A stretch of 64,000 nucleotides of DNA from a virus, in the IMG/VR virus record IMGVR_UViG_3300034374_010855, positions 6,280 to 70,279 of that record. One strand, given 5' to 3'. The translations under genes and the position numbers were made by a program. The notes under the pieces are model-generated. The model made no database searches, was not told the origin of the DNA, and worked only from the letters and a program-made list of their open reading frames with translations. Positions 19,252 through 28,456 of this stretch are shown piece after piece (the first letter of the stretch is position 1; each line of letters opens with the position of its first letter).

Positions 19252-19492
19252 TTTTATTTGTTATAAATTCTATTTCATTTTTAGTTTCTATCCAAACTCT
19301 AGCACCACAAGATAATGGTTTATCTGGTGAATATATAATGGTAGCTACCTCATCACCATCTTTATCTTTAATAATCACTTTATCAGCATAATCATTAGTT
19401 TTATATGTCTTACAAGTAATAACTGGATTTCTTTCACCAGTTTTTGTATTTCTTCTAATTACATGTTGATTAATATGAATTATTTTCTTCAT
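19232..19492 (-). CDS. Hypothetical phage protein
   Basis: IHINQHVIRRN..KPLSCGARVWIET. Confidence 0.75.
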   Translation of the reverse strand: MKKIIHINQHVIRRNTKTGERNPVITCKTYKTNDYADKVIIKDKDGDEVATIIYSPDKPLSCGARVWIETKNEIEFITNKNGKTVF

Positions 19493-19883
19493 AATTTTCT
19501 AAATCATATTTTAATTTAACTCTTTCAGATATACTTATTGGGTCACCTTGTTCATCAATCCTAACAAAAGTCATATTTGTTGTAAGAATAATCTTTTGTT
19601 TGCCACTATAAACATTGTGACTCCTAGCTTCTAATTTTAATGTAAGACTAGTATTACCAATTTTAAGAACTTTACCATATATTTTCAACAATTGACCTTC
19701 TCTAGCTGGTTTATTAAAAATACACTTATCTATAGATTTAGTTACCATCCGTGGTGTGTCACAAACTTCAGAAGCGAATCCAGCTGCTGCTGCATCCATC
19801 CAAGCGAGAAGTTTTCCCCCGAATAGATTCCCATGAAAACCTAAATCAGATTTTTTTATAGGGTGTGTAGTTATGTGTGTCAT
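19470..19883 (-). CDS. Acyl-CoA thioesterase (hotdog fold, YciA-like)
   Basis: DLGFHGNLFGGKLLAWMD..F-x-x-P..GNTSL..TFVRIDEQG. Confidence 0.88.
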   Translation of the reverse strand: MTHITTHPIKKSDLGFHGNLFGGKLLAWMDAAAAGFASEVCDTPRMVTKSIDKCIFNKPAREGQLLKIYGKVLKIGNTSLTLKLEARSHNVYSGKQKIILTTNMTFVRIDEQGDPISISERVKLKYDLENYEENNSY

Positions 19884-19899
19884 AACCAATATTTCTTCT

Positions 19900-20259
19900 T
19901 TATTTTCCAAGTTTTTTAATTTTATCTCTTATTTCGGCTGCTTTTTCATAATCTTCATTAAGTAAACTCATTTTTAACTCATGTTTTAATATTAATAACT
20001 CATCATATGTCTCACTTTTATTAATTCCATAAAAATTATCATCAAAATCATCTAAATCTGTAAAAAAATTAGGATATTTTGGTACAATACTTATTTTAGG
20101 TAAGTTGTTTATGAAATCTTCCATTATTTTTTCCCTAAACTTTTGTTCATGATATTTTCTAAGAGCATAACCACAAAAAAAGCTGATTAGTGAAAGTAAA
20201 ATTATTACTATTATGACTAAAAATGTTACCATATTTACAATATACACAACATTTGACAT
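19900..20259 (-). CDS. Membrane-anchored UVR (UvrB/UvrC motif) protein
   Basis: N-terminal TM; C-terminal LLNEDYEKAAEIRDKIKKL. Confidence 0.75.
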   Translation of the reverse strand: MSNVVYIVNMVTFLVIIVIILLSLISFFCGYALRKYHEQKFREKIMEDFINNLPKISIVPKYPNFFTDLDDFDDNFYGINKSETYDELLILKHELKMSLLNEDYEKAAEIRDKIKKLGK

Positions 20260-20310
20260 AAAATCAAAAACTATTTACAAAAAATACAATATTTATATAT
20301 AAAAAAACAC

Positions 20311-20730
20311 ATGGAAAAATTATATACTAAAGAAAGTGAAAAAAATCGTATAAGAAAACTTCATTTACAAGAACAAACATCATCTTCATCGTCAGGTTCT
20401 TATGAAACAACTAAAGCTTGGCAAAGAGGTGGTGATTTAACTAATAATTTTAGAGGTGATAATATAGTTGGTGTTGAATTAACAGTAGATTTACCAAATG
20501 AAGTAGATATTACTGGTGGTAAAATAGGTGGTTTTGGTGATTTTAACTTAGAAGATGATATTGTATTATATGATATGATGGATGAACCTTATGAAGAAGT
20601 TGATTTTATGGACTACGAAGAGAAAAGTGATGTTTTACCAGATTCTTTAGTTAACTTATTTGGTAATTTAGATATGGAATTAGATGAAACTCCAAAAAAA
20701 ATGAGAGGGTCAAGAAAATGGAGAAAATAA
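20311..20730 (+). CDS. Late protein with ESEKNRIRKLH leader
   Basis: TATTTATA at 20290-20297; leader shared with 3152. Confidence 0.7.
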   Translation: MEKLYTKESEKNRIRKLHLQEQTSSSSSGSYETTKAWQRGGDLTNNFRGDNIVGVELTVDLPNEVDITGGKIGGFGDFNLEDDIVLYDMMDEPYEEVDFMDYEEKSDVLPDSLVNLFGNLDMELDETPKKMRGSRKWRK

Positions 20731-20741
20731 TATAATTAATT

Positions 20742-20951
20742 TTATATTAATTTAGAAAGTTTTTCTTTTTCTTTAATCAATCCATCTAAAGTCCAACCAT
20801 CGTAGTATTCCCCATGGGTTATTTCTACGTTTAATTGTTTAACTCTATTTCTTATTTTATTTTTATCTATTTCAGTTAGATTAGTGAACCAATTTAATAA
20901 GTCATTATCGTTAACTGAATCATATTCATGCCAAAATTTATCTTTATTCAT
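20742..20951 (-). CDS. Hypothetical protein
   Basis: 69-aa ORF overlapping the dCMP deaminase stop. Confidence 0.6.
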   Translation of the reverse strand: MNKDKFWHEYDSVNDNDLLNWFTNLTEIDKNKIRNRVKQLNVEITHGEYYDGWTLDGLIKEKEKLSKLI

Positions 20952-21405
20952 TTTCTATATATTTAACGTTCACACCACATTCTTTAAACATTTCTTGTGA
21001 TATTTTCCAAGATTCACCCCACCTATGGTGTGTAAAGTTAGGTTTTGGTGAACACACTTCTTTTATACCAGACTGAATTATTGCTCTAGCACAATCCACA
21101 CATGGGAAATATGTTACATATATTTTACATCCTTCTAATTGGACACCATTTTTCCCAGCTTTATAAATAGCGTTTCTTTCAGCGTGTTCTACCCACATAT
21201 ATTTTTGTGGTTTTTCATATCTATCAAGTTTATTTATATCAGCATTGTTAGGTAAACCGTTATAACCTATAGATTTTTCTGTATTGTCATCACCCACAAT
21301 CACAGCACCAATTTTTCTATTAGGGTCTCTAGACCATTTAGATATGTGTGAAGCTAAATTCATAAATCTATCATCCCAATCAGTTGAAATATTATCTTTT
21401 TTCAT
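20944..21405 (-). CDS. dCMP deaminase (ComEB family)
   Basis: SRDP..IGAVIV, GYNG, HAERNAI, FPCVDCAR. Confidence 0.94.
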   Translation of the reverse strand: MKKDNISTDWDDRFMNLASHISKWSRDPNRKIGAVIVGDDNTEKSIGYNGLPNNADINKLDRYEKPQKYMWVEHAERNAIYKAGKNGVQLEGCKIYVTYFPCVDCARAIIQSGIKEVCSPKPNFTHHRWGESWKISQEMFKECGVNVKYIENE

Positions 21406-21538
21406 TTTTAAATATAATTTAAATAAGATAATAATATAAATATTTTAAAAATTAAACATTTTCACCATCATTTAGTTTGTTATCACACAACTCAATTAGA
21501 TGTCTATGAAGATGGTAAAAAAAAGTGTTTATTGGAAA

Positions 21539-21784
21539 TTAAGGTCTAAACCCTTTAATCTTTTTTCGAGTAGCTGCACTTATTATTGTTTCTAGGAAAT
21601 TTATTCTTTCCTGTATTTTACTACTGACTATTTGTAATAAATCTAAATCATATTCTGAGTTTACCCAATTAATAAAATCATCACTACTAAAAGGAGCTTC
21701 ATAGTTATCTAAATCTACTTCTTCTTCTTGTAGTTTATTAAATAACTCATTTACTTGTTTCTCTGTCAGTATAATTTTAGACAT
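21539..21784 (-). CDS. Late protein with KIILTEKQ leader
   Basis: Minus-strand TATTTATT at 21796-21803; leader motif. Confidence 0.7.
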   Translation of the reverse strand: MSKIILTEKQVNELFNKLQEEEVDLDNYEAPFSSDDFINWVNSEYDLDLLQIVSSKIQERINFLETIISAATRKKIKGFRP

Positions 21785-21857
21785 CTTTTTTATATAATAA
21801 ATATAGAGTAATTGTACTTTATATTAATTTTTATATATCCTTATAAAAAAAAATATT

Positions 21858-22046
21858 ATGGGAAAAATGAAAAATTTATTTATGATAGAAAGAGAAAACC
21901 AATCACTTAATGATGACTACTTAGATGATTCATTTCATTATGACTGTTGGTTAAAATCAGAAATGTTAAGGTCCACAGATGGTCGAAATTTTAATTCTCT
22001 ATCTGAACGTAAGGACAAAGATTTAGATGACTCAAAAAAATATTGA
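21858..22046 (+). CDS. Small hypothetical protein
   Basis: MGKMKNLFM start behind an A-rich leader. Confidence 0.55.
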   Translation: MGKMKNLFMIERENQSLNDDYLDDSFHYDCWLKSEMLRSTDGRNFNSLSERKDKDLDDSKKY

Positions 22047-22213
22047 TTTTTTTTACCTAAAAAATTTCTTTTTTTGTACCTAGGATTAGGTATAACTAGT
22101 TTAAATTGTATTATCATATTTATTTTTATTTTGTAGTACAAATATAAAAAAATATATCAAAACAACTATATATTTGATTATTTATTTTTATATTTACACT
22201 AAAATCTAATACA

Positions 22214-22384
22214 ATGAAATTAAGTACAAAAGACAAAAAAATATTAGGTGTATGTGGTGGTATCGCTGAATACCTAAATGCTGATGTTACACTGACAAGA
22301 TTTATTTTTATATTGTTATTTATATTCCCAGCTACACCAGCTATTTTAATATACATAATTCTATGGTTATTAATGGAAAAATAA
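22214..22384 (+). CDS. pspC: PspC domain membrane protein (56 aa)
   Basis: Not in ORF track; MKLSTKDKKILGVCGGIAEYLNADVTLTRFIFILL..LIYIILWLLMEK carries the GVCGGIAEY and Y-x-x-x-W PspC signature. Confidence 0.88.
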   Translation: MKLSTKDKKILGVCGGIAEYLNADVTLTRFIFILLFIFPATPAILIYIILWLLMEK

Positions 22385-22454
22385 TTTATATCCTTTTTTG
22401 ATTTTCTAAAAAATCACTATATATATTATAGCAGCATGCGTTAAAGCAAAAAGA

Positions 22455-22488
22455 AAAAAAGCAAGCTATTTAAATAGCTTGCTTTTTT
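22455..22488. repeat. Perfect 34-bp palindrome, likely bidirectional terminator
   Basis: AAAAAAGCAAGCTATTTAAATAGCTTGCTTTTTT. Confidence 0.85.
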
Positions 22489-22551
22489 AATGCTTGGAAA
22501 ATCCAAAACTAATTTTAGAATTTATATGTCTATTAAGAATATTTATAAGAT

Positions 22552-23361
22552 ATGAAAAACGATATCCGTAAAGTTTTAAGAGAATATTGGGATAACCAAC
22601 AAGACAAATGGGAGTTGTTAGAAATGGATGTTCGTGCTCTCACAGATAAAATTATTGAACGTCACAAAGATAATTGGGGTGGAGACCAATACGCTGTTAT
22701 TAATGCAATACAACAAGTATTTGAAGATATGTTCGAAAAAGTACCAATTAATGAAGTCATAGATAATATTAGAAGTGGGGAAGATAAATTAAAAGACTCC
22801 ACTACTACTCTTATTGGGTCACAACATTATAAAGGTTGGGGCGATAATCAGGGTTATTATAATGAGACTATAAATAAAGACATGTTTTTTAAATTAATAA
22901 AAACAATAGTCGAATACACCCCTTGGGAAAAAATAGAAAAAATCAACGATGATGAACATTACCGTTGGGCGGAAATTATAGACCCCATAGTTAAATTATT
23001 TGGTGTTAAAGATATAAACTATTCATCAGACGGTCTGGGCACAAGAATGTGGTTTACACTTAAAAACCCTAAAAATTATGATGGTATAAAAGATGGTACC
23101 ATCACTAATGTTAACCAATTAGAAATACCCGAAATAAAAACTTTTGAAGTTTATATGGAACAAAGTGACCTTGAAAGGGTAGCTTATAAATATACTGTAA
23201 CTGTTGTGGGTTATGATAAAGACTATGTTTATAATACAGTAAAATACGATGAAGATAATTTATATAATTGGTACGACCATGATGATAGTAAGGGGTTTGA
23301 TAGGGAAGTGTACCACTCGGAGCCAATAGAACAAGAAATTTTATCAATAAAAGAAGTATAA
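22552..23361 (+). CDS. Late protein with IRKVLRE leader
   Basis: TATTTATA at 22540-22547, 4 nt before ATG. Confidence 0.75.
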   Translation: MKNDIRKVLREYWDNQQDKWELLEMDVRALTDKIIERHKDNWGGDQYAVINAIQQVFEDMFEKVPINEVIDNIRSGEDKLKDSTTTLIGSQHYKGWGDNQGYYNETINKDMFFKLIKTIVEYTPWEKIEKINDDEHYRWAEIIDPIVKLFGVKDINYSSDGLGTRMWFTLKNPKNYDGIKDGTITNVNQLEIPEIKTFEVYMEQSDLERVAYKYTVTVVGYDKDYVYNTVKYDEDNLYNWYDHDDSKGFDREVYHSEPIEQEILSIKEV

Positions 23362-23385
23362 AGATTTTAAAAGTATTTATATATT

Positions 23386-23922
23386 ATGAAAAGAAAAGTA
23401 TCAAACAAAAACATTAGAAAAGTTTTAAGACAAATTATTAGTGAAGGTCACGATTCTTCTTATATGGCAAAATCACAATTATACAATATAGCAAGAAAAG
23501 CTCAAAGTATGTTTAATAAACTTGAAAAAGGTCAACCATTAGATGATTGGATGGAATCACATATAGCTAAAATGGACAGTATGATGGATAGTGTAAATGA
23601 TTCTTTCACATATGACCACCATGAAGGTAAAGGATGTCCTAAAGGGATGTACTGGTGTGAAAAAGACCAAATTTGTAAACCAGATTCACAAAATATGAAT
23701 TTAATTATCTCAACACAGGACATGATGGAACAAGACTTTACTGTAGAACCTCAAATACCAACTCAACCAAGAGAAAAAGATATTAGAGGAGTATTTGGTG
23801 ATAAATACGGTCCTTATATCCCTATGGATGTTTTAAGGTATATGAGAAAAAATCCAGAAGCTATAATTAAAAGATTGTATGGACTTTATGGTGATAAAAT
23901 TTATGATTATATGCCAAAATAA
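23386..23922 (+). CDS. Modular late protein with IRKVLR leader
   Basis: TATTTATA at 23374-23381; modules MAKSQL..WMESHI, CPKGMYWC..CKP, KYGPYIP.. Confidence 0.75.
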   Translation: MKRKVSNKNIRKVLRQIISEGHDSSYMAKSQLYNIARKAQSMFNKLEKGQPLDDWMESHIAKMDSMMDSVNDSFTYDHHEGKGCPKGMYWCEKDQICKPDSQNMNLIISTQDMMEQDFTVEPQIPTQPREKDIRGVFGDKYGPYIPMDVLRYMRKNPEAIIKRLYGLYGDKIYDYMPK

Positions 23923-23942
23923 TTTTAGTAAAAAAAATAAAA

Positions 23943-24062
23943 ATGGCTAAAATATTAATTACAGAAAGACAATTAAAACGACTAAGTAAATTAGTTTTAA
24001 AAGAACAGAATAGTAGACGTAAAGTTGTTCCAAGACATAAAGTACTATCACAAAAAAAATAA
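23943..24062 (+). CDS. 39-aa peptide consisting of a leader plus a basic tail
   Basis: Manual translation MAKILITERQLKRLSKLVLKEQNSRRKVVPRHKVLSQKK. Confidence 0.55.
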   Translation: MAKILITERQLKRLSKLVLKEQNSRRKVVPRHKVLSQKK

Positions 24063-24219
24063 TTACTTACTAAAATTTTCAGTTGCTGGTAACTGAACAG
24101 TTATTATTAAATTTAATTTTTTATTGTAAGTAATGTAATCTCCATATTAATACTTAAATGTTTTTACTTTGTGAGGTATATTTATAGTAAAATAAAATTG
24201 TCAAATAAAGATATTTAAA

Positions 24220-25665
24220 ATGAAAAAAAATTTAATTAACGAAGACATCAGAAAAATGATGGGACTTATTGATTACGATAGAGGTAAAACTTTAACAGAA
24301 AATAAGACTAGACAATATTTGTCTGAACAAAATGAGGATGATGTTTTTATTTCTCTCAAAAATGAATTAAGTAGAGCCTCACAAGGACCGGGAACAAATG
24401 AGGATAAATTTCTAAATGCGTTTAACCTTATCCCTGACGATAGATTCGATGAAATGATAGAAAAATTAATGACCACTAAAATGGTTGGTGAAGATGGTCT
24501 AAATGAGTTAATTAAAAGTGAATTTGATAGGACAATACCTACTGATGTTGAGGTAATCCGAAAGATAAAGATTATTTTAGATAAAAAAAGTAATAAATAT
24601 ACTATTGATTTAACACCAGCACCAAATAAAAAATATCCGAGCAGTTTAAATATAATATCTAAAGGTGAAATGTCAAAAACAGAAGAACCTAGAGGTGAAA
24701 TGTCAAAAACAGAAGAACCTAGAGGTGAAGGTAAAGCTTCAGTAAGAAGAATATTTATAAAATATCCTTGTGTTCAAGACACAATAGACATTGCATCAGA
24801 AATTATTTACCCATATAAAGAAAAGGATAACCAAGTTCTTATAACATTAGAAAATGGGGACAAGATGTTAGTTAGTACAGCTGGAAAATATGTAGCTATA
24901 ATTGGTGGTAATAAAAGTTCCGGTACTATAGAATGTGAAGGTGACCTTACTCTTGATGATGAAGAATTAACTTTGTCTGAATCAAGATATATTTTTGAAC
25001 AAACTTTCGGTTCAATTAAATTAATTCCAAAATCTGAAGTTGCTGGTAAAGAGGTTACAAAAGGAACAAGTGGTCCTTCGGGAACAAGTGGACTTAGTGG
25101 TTCATTTACTAGAACAGATGTGACATATGCAGATATAGCTGCTGGTAAAGGTGAATTCAAAAAAGGTGATAAAGGTGAAGAAGTTAAAAAAGCACAAGAA
25201 GAATTAAATAAATCAAACAAAGTAAATCCTAAATTAAAAGTAGATGGTATGTTTGGCCCTAAAACTGAAACCGCTGTAGGCCAAGTTGGTGGTGAAAAAG
25301 TATTTAACAAAGCTGTAATTGATATGTTAAGTGGTCAATCAAAAGCTACTGGTGAAGCTGCTGGTGAAGAAGTCACACAACAAGAAGAAAAGAAATTAGA
25401 CATGGTTACTGTTGAGAAAGAAAAATCTGATGCAGAAACTTTAAAAAACCAAGTAAAAGATTTAGAACAGGCAATTAGTCAACAACCAACTAAAGAACAA
25501 TGTATGGATTTAATTGCTACAGCCGCTGCTGGTATTAAAAAAGGTGTTAGAGTAAGTGACACATCTACATTAGAACAATGTTATAATAGTTACAATTTTG
25601 GAAAAATTGGTGATGGTTCCAAAAAAGTTAAAAAAGCTTATGGCCTAAAAGGAAAAGGAAATTAA
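24220..25665 (+). CDS. Late protein with annexin-like repeat, peptidoglycan-binding domain and C-terminal domain shared with 38168
   Basis: LSRASQGPGTNEDKF; FKKGDKGEEVKKAQEEL..VDGMFGPKTETAV (PG_binding_1-like); 30-bp tandem duplication at 24664-24723. Confidence 0.7.
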   Translation: MKKNLINEDIRKMMGLIDYDRGKTLTENKTRQYLSEQNEDDVFISLKNELSRASQGPGTNEDKFLNAFNLIPDDRFDEMIEKLMTTKMVGEDGLNELIKSEFDRTIPTDVEVIRKIKIILDKKSNKYTIDLTPAPNKKYPSSLNIISKGEMSKTEEPRGEMSKTEEPRGEGKASVRRIFIKYPCVQDTIDIASEIIYPYKEKDNQVLITLENGDKMLVSTAGKYVAIIGGNKSSGTIECEGDLTLDDEELTLSESRYIFEQTFGSIKLIPKSEVAGKEVTKGTSGPSGTSGLSGSFTRTDVTYADIAAGKGEFKKGDKGEEVKKAQEELNKSNKVNPKLKVDGMFGPKTETAVGQVGGEKVFNKAVIDMLSGQSKATGEAAGEEVTQQEEKKLDMVTVEKEKSDAETLKNQVKDLEQAISQQPTKEQCMDLIATAAAGIKKGVRVSDTSTLEQCYNSYNFGKIGDGSKKVKKAYGLKGKGN

Positions 25666-25674
25666 TAAAAAATT

Positions 25675-25863
25675 ATGGATAAATTAAAACAATTATTTTC
25701 AAAAGTAAAAAAGTGGGTTAACACCAAAGGTTTTTCTGCTTTAGTATCTCTAGGTGTTGGTGTAGGTTTATGGGTTTTTGGGTATAAAATTTATGCTGGT
25801 ATAGCTTTCGGTGTATTTTTAACCAAAAATTGGGACATTATTAGAGGTTGGTTAAAAAAATAA
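25675..25863 (+). CDS. Small membrane protein
   Basis: Amphipathic N-terminus plus hydrophobic hairpin. Confidence 0.65.
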   Translation: MDKLKQLFSKVKKWVNTKGFSALVSLGVGVGLWVFGYKIYAGIAFGVFLTKNWDIIRGWLKK

Positions 25864-25865
25864 AG

Positions 25866-25890
25866 AAAAGGGACTTAAGTCCCTTTTTTT
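25866..25890 (+). terminator. Intrinsic terminator
   Basis: AAAAGGGAC-TTAA-GTCCC-T7. Confidence 0.85.
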
Positions 25891-25917
25891 ATGCACAATT
25901 ATAACATATTTATAAGT

Positions 25918-26847
25918 ATGTTGTACATCAATGAATCAAAAAAAAGAACTAATGTAATATCTAACAATCTACCTTTAGATTTAGATAATAGACTTTATAC
26001 TCTACTTTATTTATTTGGTGGGTTTAATGTGGAGGATGTTTTACGATTTACAGAAAAAGCAACCAATAAAAAAATATCTGAATTACAACATAAAGTATCA
26101 AACTTCCCATCAACACAAAGTGAAGTTATGCCATTTTTAGGTGGGTTAGAATATTTAAAAAATTCAAAAGAATATTTAGAAATTTTAGACTTATTAAAAA
26201 ACAATCAAAAAAATTTAAATGAAAATTTAGAAATAGGACCTGACGGATATCCTACAATTGATACTCATCCATATTTTTTAGAGTATATAACTCCAAAATT
26301 AAAAAAAAGTCTATTTAAATTGTGGGATAAAAAAGGTAAACAAGATATAAATGATTTAAAATTATTTGGTGTTGATATTACAGGTTATGATGCAAACTAT
26401 TTTGATAATGTATATGGTATAGTATTTCCTTTACTAGTTTTAGAATGGAAAGGTGGGATACAAAATACTGATTTCGCTAAACTTAAAGGATTTACTGAAA
26501 TAACACAACTTGAAGAAAAACCAATAAATTTTAAAATTGAGCCAATATCATACGATTACCAATTTGATGAATCAATAAGTTTTGGAGATGCAGGTTGGTC
26601 TTGTTGGAATATAAGAATTTTAATTGATAAGGATGCTATAGTAGATAATTATACTGTTTATTTGGGACAAAATTCATCTATTAAAATTACTGATTTATTT
26701 CCACAAAAATATTTAAATAAAGAAATTAGATATAAAAATTTTAATAAAACACAATTAGAGTTATTGTACAAAATGTGGGAACAATATGAAGAAGTAGCGT
26801 GTGAATATTTCTGTAATTTCTGTGAAGCTGAGATAGTATTAGTTTAA
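25918..26847 (+). CDS. Hypothetical late protein
   Basis: Start revised to the ATG 3 nt after TATTTATA (25907-25914). Confidence 0.7.
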   Translation: MLYINESKKRTNVISNNLPLDLDNRLYTLLYLFGGFNVEDVLRFTEKATNKKISELQHKVSNFPSTQSEVMPFLGGLEYLKNSKEYLEILDLLKNNQKNLNENLEIGPDGYPTIDTHPYFLEYITPKLKKSLFKLWDKKGKQDINDLKLFGVDITGYDANYFDNVYGIVFPLLVLEWKGGIQNTDFAKLKGFTEITQLEEKPINFKIEPISYDYQFDESISFGDAGWSCWNIRILIDKDAIVDNYTVYLGQNSSIKITDLFPQKYLNKEIRYKNFNKTQLELLYKMWEQYEEVACEYFCNFCEAEIVLV

Positions 26848-27011
26848 AGACCTTTTTCTTTTTCAATATATTCATTATTACTAATTAAACAATTTAAAAA
26901 ATCTCTAACTTTAGTTCCTAAAGTGAAGTCATTAGGGTTATTTTTTTTAAGTTTTTGTAATTCATTAATTACTTCTATGTAATATTCTTTATTTTTAATT
27001 TTTTCTTTCAT
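26844..27011 (-). CDS. 55-aa hypothetical protein
   Basis: Manual translation includes NPNDFTLGTKVR. Confidence 0.5.
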   Translation of the reverse strand: MKEKIKNKEYYIEVINELQKLKKNNPNDFTLGTKVRDFLNCLISNNEYIEKEKGL

Positions 27012-27013
27012 GT

Positions 27014-27193
27014 TTAATTTATTTTAGTTGTTCCACTTAAATTTAATGACAGTTGATTTGGGTCGTTAGTTTTATTTCTTCTAATATATATAATTTTTTC
27101 TTTTCCTTTTTTAATAGTTCTAGTATGAGCTTTTACAAATGTCCCATCTTTTCTTCTATATTCCTTTATCTGTACTTCAATATACGCATCCAT
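27014..27193 (-). CDS. Small basic protein (Y-R-x-K-DGT-x-V-x-x-H-x-R motif)
   Basis: VQIKEYRRKDGTFVKAHTRT; start revised to the internal ATG. Confidence 0.65.
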   Translation of the reverse strand: MDAYIEVQIKEYRRKDGTFVKAHTRTIKKGKEKIIYIRRNKTNDPNQLSLNLSGTTKIN

Positions 27194-27251
27194 TATAACA
27201 AAATTAAATAATTTTTTAGACTTTGTCACTATTTATTATAAAAAAAGAATC

Positions 27252-27887
27252 ATGAATTTAAATCATCCACGTTGGGAAGGTCATCAGTTTAATATGAGAA
27301 GAGCCAATCCAGTACATTATAATAATTCTGCTGCTGAAACTTCAAGAATTAGAAAATTACATTCTTCACTTAATGAATCTAATAAAAAACAATTAAATGA
27401 ATGGGGAAGTTCAGACCAATATTATTTCAACCAATCAATACACCGAGATTTAGGAGAACCTGATACAATGCCAAGTCCATTTTCTCCTGAGTTCCAATCT
27501 GCAGTTGAATCGGCAGTTGATTTCTATTGGGACGATTGGGACGAGTATCGAACTGATTATGAAGGTTTAGTAGACCATGCAAAAAGAATATATCTTAGAA
27601 CTTATTTCCCTGAAAAATTTTCAGCGTTGGTTAGAATGTTTGAACCTGGTAACGATGATGATGTAGATGATAATGATTTATTAAATGAATGGGCTACTTT
27701 AAGTTCTGATAAAGGACAATTAAATATGGAACCAGAAAACCACGCATTATCAGATGATAGACATGGTTTAGTGGTTAACCATTTGAACGAAGTAAATAGA
27801 TACATCAACCAAGAGTCTTTACACCAATTCGTAGAAGAAGTAAATAAGGTTGAAGAAAGGTTGGGGTATGTTAAGAAAAATCGTTAA
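27252..27887 (+). CDS. Late protein with ETSRIRKLH leader and three LNE sites
   Basis: TATTTATT at 27230-27237. Confidence 0.72.
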   Translation: MNLNHPRWEGHQFNMRRANPVHYNNSAAETSRIRKLHSSLNESNKKQLNEWGSSDQYYFNQSIHRDLGEPDTMPSPFSPEFQSAVESAVDFYWDDWDEYRTDYEGLVDHAKRIYLRTYFPEKFSALVRMFEPGNDDDVDDNDLLNEWATLSSDKGQLNMEPENHALSDDRHGLVVNHLNEVNRYINQESLHQFVEEVNKVEERLGYVKKNR

Positions 27888-28348
27888 ACGTTACCCCAAG
27901 AAATATTTTTTATTTTAATTTTTCTTTCATTGTTCCACGTTATACGTGTAGATATTCCGAACAACTTTAAATAGTTAGCGATTTCGTTTTTAATATTATT
28001 ACGTATATGGTCTCTAATTTTTTTGTTATGTTCACGACCCCACACAATATTATAAAGATTAATAGTGTTTCTTTTAACAACAGCAACCTCTTCTATAGGT
28101 GAAAGAATTATAGGATTACCCCAACCATTTTTATGAGTAATTTTACCAGAAACCACAAGATTAACATATAATTCATTAAAACTAGAACGATTTATTGGAT
28201 TTTCATCAAGCCATTTTTCACACGAAACACCAATTCTTTGAATTCTAATTTTAACATCCACACCTTCATTTCTACCTTCAGTTATGGTGTTAAGTGTGAA
28301 TACTTTTTTTTTGATTATTTTTGTAATTTCTTTAGGTAGTGATTTCAA
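27884..28348 (-). CDS. Hypothetical early protein
   Basis: TTG start; TTTG/TATCTTTG promoter at 28407-28380. Confidence 0.65.
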   Translation of the reverse strand: MKSLPKEITKIIKKKVFTLNTITEGRNEGVDVKIRIQRIGVSCEKWLDENPINRSSFNELYVNLVVSGKITHKNGWGNPIILSPIEEVAVVKRNTINLYNIVWGREHNKKIRDHIRNNIKNEIANYLKLFGISTRITWNNERKIKIKNISWGNV

Positions 28349-28456
28349 TTTATTCGTATTATTTTATTAATTGATAACACAAAGATAATTAAAAATATCA
28401 TAACAAAAAATAAAAGAGTAATTAATTTATATTTATTATTATAGAAAACAATTAGC

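Noticed and set aside
22126-22356. 76-aa minus-strand ORF
   Set aside because: Shadow of the plus-strand PspC gene.
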